Positions 9,652 through 18,987 of a DNA stretch of 20,940 nt are shown piece after piece; positions within the stretch are counted from its first letter, which is position 1; each line of letters begins with the position of its first letter. Made by a program: the position numbers and the translations under genes. This DNA is from Octopus sinensis (Eukaryota). The stretch lies in contig NW_021824027.1 of the NCBI RefSeq assembly GCF_006345805.1, forward strand, positions 1 through 20,940. The letters run 5' to 3'. The notes under the pieces are model-generated. The model searched no databases and was not told the DNA's origin. It worked only from the letters and a program-made list of their open reading frames with translations.

Positions 9652-10485
9652 GGCGTAGGAGTGGCTGTGTGGAAAGTAGCTTGCTTACCAACCACATGGT
9701 TCCGGGTTCAGTCCCACTGCGTGGCATCTTGGGCAAGTGTCTTCTGCTATAGCCCCAGGCCGACCAATGCCTTGTGAGTGGATTTGGTAGACGGAAACTG
9801 AAAGAAGCCCATCGTATATATGTATATAAATATATATATATAGGCGTAGGAGTGGCTGTGTGGAAAGTAGCTTGCTTACCAACCACATGGTTCCGGGTTC
9901 AGTCCCACTGCGTGGCATCTTGGGCAAGTGTCTTCTGCTATAGCCCCAGGCCGACCAATGCCTTGTGAGTGGATTTGGTAGACGGAAACTGAAAGAAGTC
10001 CGTCATTTATATGTATATATATATATGCATGTGTGTGTTTGTTTATCTGAGTTTGTACCCCTAGCATTGCTTGACAACCGATGCTGGTGTGTTTACGTCC
10101 CCATCACTTAGCGGTTCAGCAAAAGAGACCGATAGAATAAATACTGGGCTTACAAAGAATAAGTCCTGGGGTCGATTTGCTCGACTAAAAGGTGGTGCTC
10201 CAGCATGGCCACAATCAAATGACTGAAACAAGTAAAAGAATAAAAGAGTAAAGAGTATATATATATATAGTTAATCCAAACAAGAAAACACAGAAAAAAC
10301 ACAGCAACGGGAGGACGTGGAACAATTAAAGTATTATTGGACGCTCAGGAAAGAAGGGAAGAAGGAGGGTTTAACGTTTCGAGCGGAGCTCTTTGTCGGA
10401 AACAAAGGAGAAGGAAAGATCCCGAGAAGGGAAGACAGAAGAAAAAAATTTTTTGCTGGTGGTGCTCAAGAGATCACATGTTGAA

Positions 10486-10530
<45 letters not shown>

Positions 10531-11139
10531 GGCGTAGGAGTGGCTGTGTGGAAAGTAGCTTGCTTACCAACCACATGGTTCCGGGTTCAGTCCCACTGCG
10601 TGGCATCTTGGGCAAGTGTCTTCTGCTATAGCCCCAGGCCGACCAATGCCTTGTGAGTGGATTTGGTAGACGGAAACTGAAAGAAGCCCATCGTATATAT
10701 GTATATAAATATATATATATAGGCGTAGGAGTGGCTGTGTGGAAAGTAGCTTGCTTACCAACCACATGGTTCCGGGTTCAGTCCCACTGCGTGGCATCTT
10801 GGGCAAGTGTCTTCTGCTATAGCCCCAGGCCGACCAATGCCTTGTGAGTGGATTTGGTAGACGGAAACTGAAAGAAGTCCGTCATTTATATGTATATATA
10901 TATATGCATGTGTGTGTTTGTTTATCTGAGTTTGTACCCCTAGCATTGCTTGACAACCGATGCTGGTGTGTTTACGTCCCCATCACTTAGCGGTTCAGCA
11001 AAAGAGACCGATAGAATAAATACTGGGCTTACAAAGAATAAGTCCTGGGGTCGATTTGCTCGACTAAAAGGTGTGGTGTCCAGCATGGCCACAATCAAAT
11101 GACTGAAACAATAAAAGAATAAAAAGAGAATAAAGAGTA
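9381..11139. repeat. Near-identical ~880-bp tandem duplication (9381-10260 / 10261-11139), each unit = dead-hammerhead repeat + SINE A head + full SINE A
   Basis: Offset 879-880; the ORF track repeats with offset 879; differences are limited to a 1-nt A-run change and the last ~70 bp. Confidence 0.95.
9490..9524 (-). pseudogene. Core-mutated copy of the 5452-family hammerhead (identical copy at 10369-10403)
   Basis: Minus strand GUUU-CCGACAA-A-GAGCUCCGCUC-GAAACGUU-AAAC: U4C and G8A substitutions in the core. Confidence 0.7.
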
Positions 11140-11154
11140 AAGAGTTATATATAT

Positions 11155-11197
<43 letters not shown>

Positions 11198-11207
11198 GTA
11201 TGTATAT

Positions 11208-11415
11208 TTGTCTGTCTCTGTATTTGACCCGCGACCACCACCACCAATGTTGGTGAGTTTACGTTTCTGTGACTTAGTAGTATGGCAAAAGACACTGATC
11301 AAATAAGTACTAGGCTTACTAAGAATAAGTCCTGGAGGAGTAGGGGGCAGCACTTGTTCAACTAAAAGCGGTGCTCCAGCATGACCGCATTCAAATGACT
11401 GAAACAAGTAAAAGA

Positions 11416-11416
<1 letters not shown>
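11208..11416 (+). mobile_element. Diverged 3' half of SINE family A
   Basis: ...GGTGCTCCAGCATGACCGCATTCAAATGACTGAAACAAGTAAAAG tail. Confidence 0.8.
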
Positions 11417-11446
<30 letters not shown>

Positions 11447-11482
11447 ATACCAAGAAAAAAGCAGCAAGAATGGATTAGTAGT

Positions 11483-11570
11483 TTTAGTACAATTGTTTCA
11501 TACTTAGAGCAATTTTATTTGAAGCTGCAAATATTGCAGCAAATATAATGTCCAGTATTCATCAGCTAAA
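11483..11570 (-). ncRNA. Type I hammerhead ribozyme (left arm of inverted repeat 11450-11896)
   Basis: Minus strand: UUUAG-CUGAUGA-AUACU...long stem II ending in GCUGCAA/UUGCAGC hairpin...AGUAU-GAAA-C-AAUU-GUA-CUAAA. Core intact; stem I 5 bp. Confidence 0.8.
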
Positions 11571-11775
11571 TCAAATATATATGTTTTCCAGACATCCTAG
11601 AGAGTTTGACTATCCTCATGAAGTTATTAGGAGTGAGTTCTATGAAATTTAAAGTCAAATTATAAGCAGTCTTAAAATGCTTTCTAATGATGCACAGTTT
11701 TATAAAAAGTTTTTAAAAAGATTGTTAACTTCCCAGAGAAGGTGAATCCATCTATAAAAATGCATTTTTATGTGA

Positions 11776-11864
11776 TTTAGCTGATGAAAACTGGACATTT
11801 GTATTTGCTGCAATATTTGCAGCTTCAAATAAAATTGTTCTTAGTATGAAACAATTGTACTAAA
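11776..11864 (+). ncRNA. Type I hammerhead ribozyme (right arm of inverted repeat 11450-11896)
   Basis: CUGAUGA 11781-11787; GAAA 11848-11851; palindromic ACAAUUGU; GUA 11857-11859; stem I UUUAG/CUAAA. A.A mismatch at the second pair of stem II. Confidence 0.75.
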
Positions 11865-12019
11865 CGACTAATCCATTCTTGTTGCTTTTTTCTTGGTTAT
11901 AATCACCCCACATAATTTTATGGTTAATACCATAAAGTATTCTGGTGCATCTAAGTTAAGTACCGCATTCATGTGAATTCATTGGAATTCACTTGAATCT
12001 TAATTGTTTTTGCTGAAAT

Positions 12020-12093
<74 letters not shown>

Positions 12094-12125
12094 ATGTATA
12101 TATATATATATAATATATATATATA

Positions 12126-12178
<53 letters not shown>

Positions 12179-12206
12179 ATATATATATATGTGTGTGTGT
12201 GGTGTG

Positions 12207-12260
<54 letters not shown>

Positions 12261-12269
12261 ATATATATA

Positions 12270-12304
<35 letters not shown>

Positions 12305-12374
12305 ATACACACACACACACACACAAGCATATATATATAATCTAAGTAGGCTTCATCTCTTATGCTCTATGCTT

Positions 12375-12889
12375 TACATTAGATAATGTAGTCCTAGATA
12401 CACTATGCCTGAATAAAAGATGGGATGGTCACAGCTGGAACATCTCTGATCATAGGTCTGTCTGGATCAGGACTGACCTGGGGCTAAACAACAACAACAG
12501 CTATAGCCACTAATACTAACTACTATACTATACATTAGATAATGTAGTCCTAGATACACTATGCCTGAATAAAAGTTGGGATGGTCACAGCTGGAACATC
12601 TTTGATCATAGGTCTGTCTGGATCAGGACTGACCTAGGGCTAAACAACAACTATAGCCACTAATACTAACTACTATACTATACATTAGATAATGTAGTCC
12701 TAGATACACTATGCCTGAATAAAAGTTGGGATGGTCACAGATGGAACGTCTTTGATCATGGATCTGGACTGTCCTGGGGCTAAACAGCAATTATAGTCAC
12801 TAATACTAACTACTGTACTATACATTAGATATTGTAGTCCTAGATACACTATGCCTGAATAAAAGGTGGGATGGTCACAACTGGAACGT
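12375..12889 (-). repeat. Second array of the 130-165-bp satellite, opposite orientation (~4 units)
   Basis: Reverse complement of 2445-3512 units (GGGATGGTCACAGCTGGAAC...GGGCTAAACAAC). Confidence 0.95.
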
Positions 12890-13162
12890 GAGAATAATCT
12901 ACCAGTTGTAGCCACTAGTACTAGCTACTACAGATTTGTAGTGTTTTTCCCAAGAACTTCTCATAGAGAAAGCAAGAGAGTGAAGAAGAGAGAGGGAGAG
13001 AGAGAGAGAAGCTAGATTCTAGGAAAGAATCCAGCATCATTTCATCACAAATGTTGTTTTCCGTTTGTGTGAAGGATTGGCTCTGCAACATGAGCAGACA
13101 CGATATGCACTTAACAAGGGCTTAAAAACTCAAGACACAAGTCAAGTGTATCTTTGACAAAG

Positions 13163-13354
13163 TTAAGGCGGCAAGCTGGCCAAAATGCTCAACCGGTTAA
13201 GGTCAAACAACTGACAAGCAAATCTGTGGTATTGAGCAGAATATTTGCTGTAAAACCCATCTTTTATACCAACACAAAACAATGTATATGATAACACTTC
13301 CAATCAGTTAAGATCAGAAGCCATCAGAGCCACTGCCTGGTACTGCGTCAGGGC

Positions 13355-13356
<2 letters not shown>
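13163..13356 (+). mobile_element. SINE-like element with family-B-type head and (ATT)n tail
   Basis: AAGGCGGCAAGCTGGC head; ends CTGGTACTGCGTCAGGGCATT followed by (ATT)n 13357-13415. Confidence 0.55.
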
Positions 13357-13415
<59 letters not shown>

Positions 13416-13418
<3 letters not shown>

Positions 13419-13700
13419 TAGTTTTATTTTTATATCGTGCTTTCACTTCACTACCGAGCGCAGCTCTGTGTGCCTTGGGTATGTGCTGTGATTTGTTGTG
13501 ATGCTCTGATGGTTATTGTATGGAAAGTGTTCTGCGTAGGATGTGTGCAGTACCTAGTAGTGCAATTTTCTGTATGTTATATGTGTTTGTAAGTCCTGGT
13601 GTTTTTGTTATGTATTTGTCTGAATATTTTTTTATCATGCCTAATGCGCCTACTATGATAGGAATTGTTTCTGTTTTCAGAATTGGTTCTATTTTTTCTA
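13416..13700 (-). mobile_element. 5'-truncated non-LTR retrotransposon 3' end with restriction-like endonuclease C-terminus (R4/Dong-like)
   Basis: Peptide ..TIPIIVGALGMIKK..IQKIALLGTAHILRRTLSIQ* (stop 13513-13515) matches the P.V.GALG / Q...LLGTA.ILR signature; ~97-bp 3' UTR; (TAA)n on both sides. Confidence 0.75.
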
Positions 13701-13868
13701 TTATTATTATTATTATTATTATTGTTATTTCCATTTATCATTAAAAGGTATTATTGAATGCTGTTTAGTTTCAACTTTTGTCTTGTACTTGAGATAATCA
13801 TAAATATGTTTAAAGGGTTTAAGGGAATAGTGCGAGCAAGTGAAACAGCATGGTGAATAGAAATTCCA

Positions 13869-14280
13869 CAGGAGTGGCTGTGTGGTAAGTAGCTTGCTAA
13901 CCAACCACATGGTTCCGGGTTCAGTCCCACTGCCTGGCATCTTGGTCAAGTGTCTTCTGCTATAGCCCTGGGCCGACCAATGCCTTGTGAGTGGATTTGG
14001 TACACGGAAACTGAAAGAAGCCTGTCGTATATATGTATATATATATATGTATATGTATGTGTATGTGTTTGTGTGTCTGTGTTTGTCTCCCTAGCATTGC
14101 TTGACAACCAATGCTGGTGTGTTTACGTCCCCGTCACTTAGCAGTTCGGCAAAAGAGACTGATAGAATAAGTACTAGGCTTACAAAGAATAAGTCCCGGA
14201 GTTGATTTGACTCGACTAAAAGGCGGTGCTCCAGCATGGCCGCAGTCAAATGACTGAAACAAGTAAAAGAGTAAAAGAGA
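13869..14280 (+). mobile_element. Near full-length SINE family A
   Basis: A/B boxes, central (TA)/(TG) tract, AAGTAAAAGAG tail. Confidence 0.9.
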
Positions 14281-14405
14281 GAGGTCTCAAGGTATATGCA
14301 ATGGGCATTCCTGTGCAATAAGGAGACAAAAGCAGCCTCACACCCTTGGGGTCAGCAGAGGTCAAATGTGTTTACATAGAAATTCCACAGGTCTGAAGGA
14401 ATCTG

Positions 14406-14809
14406 TTTCTTTATTACCCACAAGGGGCTTAAACACAGAGAGGACAAACAAGGACAGACAAAGGGATTAAGTCGATTACATCGACGCCAGTGCGTAACTG
14501 GTACTTAATTAATCGACCCCGAAAGGATGAAAAGCAAAGTCGACCTCGGCGGAATTTGAACTCAGAACGTAGCGGCAGACGAAATACCTATTTCTTTATT
14601 ACCCACAAGGGGCTTAAACACAGAGGGGACAAACAAGGACAGACAAATGGATTAAGTCGCTTACATTGACACCAGTGCATAACTGGTACTTAATTTATCG
14701 ACCCCGAAAGGATGAAAGGCAAAGTCGACCTCGGCGGAATTTGAACTCAGAACGTATTGGCAGACGAAATACCACTAAGCATTTCGCCCGGTGTGCTAAT
14801 GGTTCTGCC
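14406..14809 (-). mobile_element. tRNA-derived SINE family B with its ~185-bp 3' body duplicated in tandem
   Basis: Minus-strand head TGGCAGAACCATTAGCACACCGG and B box GAGTTCAAATTCC; units ~14406-14590 and ~14591-14772. Confidence 0.8.
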
Positions 14810-15047
14810 AAAAGCAGCCTCACGCCCCTGGGGTCAGTAGAGGTCAAATGTGTTTACTACAACTAGTGATCAATGAGAGCACTAACCTTTGCCAGGAAAT
14901 GAACCAATTCACCTTGTTCTATTTTTAATTACTGATAGACAGAAACAATTATTTATAAGGAGAGAAAGAGGATTGTTTCAATTCATGGAACAGGGATTAA
15001 GTGATAAAGCCAGAGCAGTAAGAAGAATTCATTGGTTCACTGAAGTA

Positions 15048-15630
15048 GGCGCAGGAGTGGCTGTGTAGTAAGTAGCTTACTACCAACCACATGGTTCTGG
15101 GTTCAGTCCCACTGCGTGGCGGCACCTTGGGCAAGTGTCTTCTACTATAGCCTTGGGCTGAACAGAGCCTTGTGAGTGGATTTCGTAGATGGAAACTGAA
15201 AGAAGCCCATCGTGTGTGTATATATAGGCATAGGAGTGGCTGTGTGGTAAGTAACTTGCTTACTAACCACATGGTTCCAGGTTCAGTCCCACTGCATGGC
15301 ACCTTGGGCAAGTGTCTTCTGCTATAGCCTCGGGCCGACCAAAGCCTTGTGAGTGGATTTGGTAGACGGAAACTGAAAGAAGCCCGTCGTATATATGTAT
15401 ATATATATCTGTATGTGTGTGTATATGTTTGTGTGTCTGTGTTTGTCCCCCCAACATCGCTTGACAACCAATGCTGGTGTGTTTACATCCCCGAAACTTA
15501 GCAGTTCGGCAAAAGAGACCAATTGAATAAGTACTAGGCTTACAAAGAATAAGTCCTGGGGTCGATTTGCTTGACTAAAGGCGGTGCTCCAGCATGGCCG
15601 CAGTCAAATGACTGAAACAAATAAAAGAGA
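15048..15630 (+). mobile_element. SINE A head (15048-15215) followed by full SINE A (15227-15630)
   Basis: Same head-plus-full layout as 9652-10255. Confidence 0.9.
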
Positions 15631-15699
15631 ATATATATATGTGTGTGTGTCCCTCCATCATCACTTGACATCCAATGTCGGTGTGTTTACATCCCCATA

Positions 15700-15865
15700 A
15701 CATGATGTTGGTGATGATGAGGACGACGATGAAGATGACAACATTGATGGTTGTTGTGGTGGCAACGGTGGTGACTGTTGATTGTGGTGGTGGTGGTGGT
15801 GGTGGTGGTGGTGATGCCCATTATGATAATGATTATGATGATTATGGTGACGATAATAACGATAA
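15700..15865. repeat. (GAT)/(GGT)-rich trinucleotide tract just upstream of the 31-nt exon
   Basis: Direct reading. Confidence 0.9.
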
Positions 15866-15885
15866 ATATTTTTCCTCTTTTTCAG

Positions 15886-15916
15886 TTATCTACTGTGATT
15901 TTACAGCATCAGGAAG
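15886..15916 (+). CDS. 31-nt exon of the same gene (V-IYCDFTASG-R)
   Basis: Polypyrimidine tract + ttcag|15886; donor AG|GTGAG at 15917. Phase 1 to phase 2 fits both neighbouring exons. YxDxTASGR is the conserved family motif. Confidence 0.9.
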
Positions 15917-15979
15917 GTGAGTTATTCATTTGCATACTTTATTGATTCCCTGAACTCAATTAACATTCAACAGGCTCTG

Positions 15980-16052
15980 GTTGCAGTGGAACTGAACCTG
16001 GACCATGTGGTTGAGAAGCCAGCTTCTTACCACACAGCCACACCTGTACCTA
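15980..16052 (-). mobile_element. SINE A head fragment
   Basis: Reverse complement of GGTGTGGCTGTGTGGTAAG...GGTTCAGTTCC. Confidence 0.75.
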
Positions 16053-16060
16053 TGTGTGTG

Positions 16061-16101
<41 letters not shown>

Positions 16102-16103
16102 CA

Positions 16104-16155
<52 letters not shown>

Positions 16156-16361
16156 CATATTTATATATACATATATATATATAAATATGTAGAAAAATAC
16201 AAACTGGGACAAGAACGTAAAACATTAGAAGATGATACAAAAAACACGGACGGGACATTCGAAGCCTTCAATCTTCAGTCAAGATCCGGATCATCCTAGC
16301 AATTTCGGCTTGATTAATCTTGAAATACATATATATATATATACATGTATATATATATAGC

Positions 16362-16694
16362 CAGGATCCCATGTCTGGTGGTACGTAAAAAGCACTATCC
16401 GACTCGTGGCCGATGCCAGCACCGCCTCGACTGGCTTCCGTGCCGGTGGCACATAAAATACACCAATCCGACCGTGGCCGTTGCCAGCCTCGCCTGGCAC
16501 CTGTGCAGGTGGCACGTAAAAAGCACCCACTACACTCACGGAGTGGTTGGCGTTAGGAAGGGCATCCAGCCGTAGAAACACTGCCAGATCAGACTGGAGC
16601 CTGGTGCAGCCTTCTGGCTTCCCAGATCCCCGGTCGAACCGTCCAACCCATGCTAGCAAGAAAAATGGACGTTAAACGATGATGATGATGATGA

Positions 16695-16728
<34 letters not shown>

Positions 16729-16778
16729 GTCCAACCCATGCTAGCATGGAAAACGGACACTAAACGACGATGATGATG

Positions 16779-16827
<49 letters not shown>

Positions 16828-17005
16828 GGAGAGTATTGTAGTTTGCTTGAAGCATTGTGTATTGTTTGTAAAGGGCATCCAGCTGTAGAAACTCTGCCAG
16901 ATTAAGATTGGAGTCTGGTGCAGCCATCTGGTTCGCCAGTCCTCAGTCAAAATCGTCCAACCCATGCTAGCATGGAAAGCAGACGTTAGATGATGATGAT
17001 GATGA

Positions 17006-17008
<3 letters not shown>
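16362..17008 (+). mobile_element. Cluster of family D copies (16362-16697, 16728-16778, 16871-17008), each ending in (GAT)n
   Basis: Repeated CCAACCCATGCTAGCA..GAAA..GGAC.TTA.A(GAT)n ends. Confidence 0.8.
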
Positions 17009-17065
<57 letters not shown>

Positions 17066-17169
17066 CTGTGTGTGTGTAAAGAATAAGAAGTTTTGAATGG
17101 TACAACAATGCACTATAATACCAACAATGGGCTGTGTATACCTGTTGTAATTTAGTCATCCATAATCTG

Positions 17170-17206
17170 ATATGATATTTCGGAATAGAATTCCTTCTTC
17201 AGATAT
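17170..17206 (-). ncRNA. Minimal type I hammerhead ribozyme (dimer-type)
   Basis: Minus strand: AUAU-CUGAAGA-A-GGAAU(UCU)AUUCC-GAA-AUAU-C-AUAU. Perfect 5-bp stem II, palindromic AUAU stem III, AUC triplet, 4-bp stem I. Confidence 0.7.
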
Positions 17207-17414
17207 TCTTAGATGGAGTCGTTGCTATAATCGGTTTTCCAACGTCTTTTCAATTTTATATTTTTTCCGGAAGTATTTCAGCGGTGGTCTCACGAAGCTC
17301 CTTCCAGAATTCCTCATAAGAAGTGTGTGAGGTCGGCCATGTCTCAACCTCGTGGGTGCTGGTACATCCGTAGCGCTGCTTCTAAGTTATGTATCATACA
17401 TGCATATGTATGTA

Positions 17415-17720
17415 TATTACCGTGGCCGACCAGGCTGTCAGATGTTGCTACACATCGCTGGTCACAATGCGCTTCGCATTGTTTTTAGCCTTCAAATGAC
17501 GCCACCCCGCTGGCTAAGCGAGTAGGCCAACAGAAGAAAGTGTGAGAGAAAGTTGTGGCGAAAGAGTACAGCAGGGATCGCCACCACCCCCTGCTGGAGC
17601 CTCATGGGGCTTTAGGTGTTTTCGCTCAATAAACACTCACAATGCCCAGTCTGGGAATCGAAACCACAATCCTCCGACCATGAGTCCACTGCCCTAACCA
17701 CTAGGCCATTGCGCCTCCAC
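17415..17720 (-). mobile_element. tRNA-derived SINE family C, tail variant 2
   Basis: Minus-strand TGGCCTAGTGG A box and GGTTTCGATTCCC B box. Confidence 0.85.
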
Positions 17721-17724
17721 ATGT

Positions 17725-18200
17725 ATCATCATCATCATCATTTAACGTCTGTTTTCCATGCTAGCATGGGTTGGACGGTCCAACTGGGGTCTGGGAAGCC
17801 AGAAGGCTGCACCAGGCCCAGTCTGATCTAGCAGAGTTTCTACAGCTGGATGCCTTTCCTAACGCCAACCACTCCGTGAGTGTAGTGGGTGCTTTTTACG
17901 TGCCACCGGCACGGGGGCGAGGCGACGCTGGCAACGGCCACAATCGGATGGTGCTTTTTACGTGCCACCAGCACGGGGGCCAGGCGAGGCTGGCAAATGG
18001 CCACGATCGGATGGTGCTTTTTACGTGCCACCGACACGGGGGCCAGGCGAGGCTGGCAAACGGCCACGGACGGATGGTGCTTTTTACGTACCACCAACAC
18101 GGAGGCCAGGCGGGGCGGCGCTGGCAACGGTCACGATCGGATGGTTCGCTTACTTGTCACTGGCACTGGTATCACAGCTGCAATTTCCATTGATGTTGAT
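17725..18200 (-). mobile_element. Family D element with ~4 internal ~62-bp units
   Basis: Homologous to 7914-8620. Confidence 0.85.
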
Positions 18201-18256
18201 CGACTTCAATTTTGGTTCTGCTTTCTGATATCTCATTTGATTACAAAACATTGTAG

Positions 18257-18373
18257 GTCAATGAAGTTCATTGAAGATTACATAAATGAATATGTCCGAC
18301 CATTCTACGGCAACACACATACAACCACGAGTATAGTCTCCAGACAGACGACCAAGTTCAGGGACGAGGCCAG
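18257..18373 (+). CDS. 117-nt exon of the same gene (R-SMKFIEDYINEYVRPFYGNTHTTTSIVSRQTTKFRDEA-R)
   Basis: tgtag|18257 acceptor and AG|GTAAG donor at 18374; phase 2 to phase 2. FIEDYI..V.P.YGNTHT and QTT.FR.EAR motifs of cysteine-desulfurase-like class-V enzymes. Confidence 0.92.
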
Positions 18374-18402
18374 GTAAGATAACACCTATTTTATAATTTT
18401 TA

Positions 18403-18752
18403 TTGTTGCTGTTGTTGTTTAGCCCCAGGTCAGTCCTTGATCCAGACAGACCCATGATCAAAGATGTTCCAGCTGTGACCATCCCATCTTTCACTCAGGC
18501 ATAGTGTATCTAGGACTACATTATCTAATGTATAGTATAGTAGTTAGTATTAGTGGCTATAGTTGTTGTTGTTGTTTAGCCCCAGGTCAGTCCTGATCCA
18601 GACAGACCCATGATCAAATATGTTCCAGCTGTGACCATCCCTTCGTTTATTCAGGCATAGTGCATCTAGGACTATATCATCCAATGTATAGTATAGTAGT
18701 TAGTATTAGTGCCTCTATTGTTGTTTAGCCCCAGGTCAGTCCTGATCGAGAC
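18403..18752 (+). repeat. Third array of the 130-165-bp satellite (2 units + partial), starting ~30 nt after the exon donor
   Basis: GTTTAGCCCCAGGTCAGTCC unit starts at ~18417, ~18575, ~18722. Confidence 0.95.
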
Positions 18753-18987
18753 ATTGACAGGCTTTCTGTGCCCTATCAGTATTTGCAAAGGGAATTCATG
18801 ATACACACGGACCCGAGTTTCTGGTTATATATATATCTATCTATCTTTTTTGTCTCTGCCACAGCAGACAAATTATCAAGAAAATTGATTAAGGTTGTTC
18901 ATCGTTTTTTCGGTCTGCAGAGAACTGGCTAAAATTTGCCGTCTATAAATATACCATATATTACGTATATATATATATATATATATA

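Larger units (their letters stand above)
11450..11896. repeat. ~124-bp-arm inverted repeat with ~199-bp spacer
   Basis: 11450-11573 vs reverse complement of 11773-11896: about 6 substitutions and 2 one-nt indels by manual alignment. Confidence 0.9.

Noticed and set aside
11574-11772. Possible Penelope ORF remnant in the cassette spacer
   Set aside because: All frames are interrupted and no RT or GIY-YIG motif is recognisable by eye; a profile search is needed.
16251-16280. Hammerhead-like CUGAAGA-UU-GAAGGCUUC-GAAUGUC on the minus strand
   Set aside because: Lacks A15.1, stem II is only 3 bp and there is no stem I. At best a decayed relic.
16925-16950. CUGAGGA followed by a CUGG/CCAG hairpin on the minus strand
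   Set aside because: The hairpin is followed by AUGG rather than GAAA.
17640-17720. tRNA-like A/B-box sequences (also in SINE A and B heads)
   Set aside because: No full cloverleaf, and each continues into a SINE body, so they are not tRNA genes.
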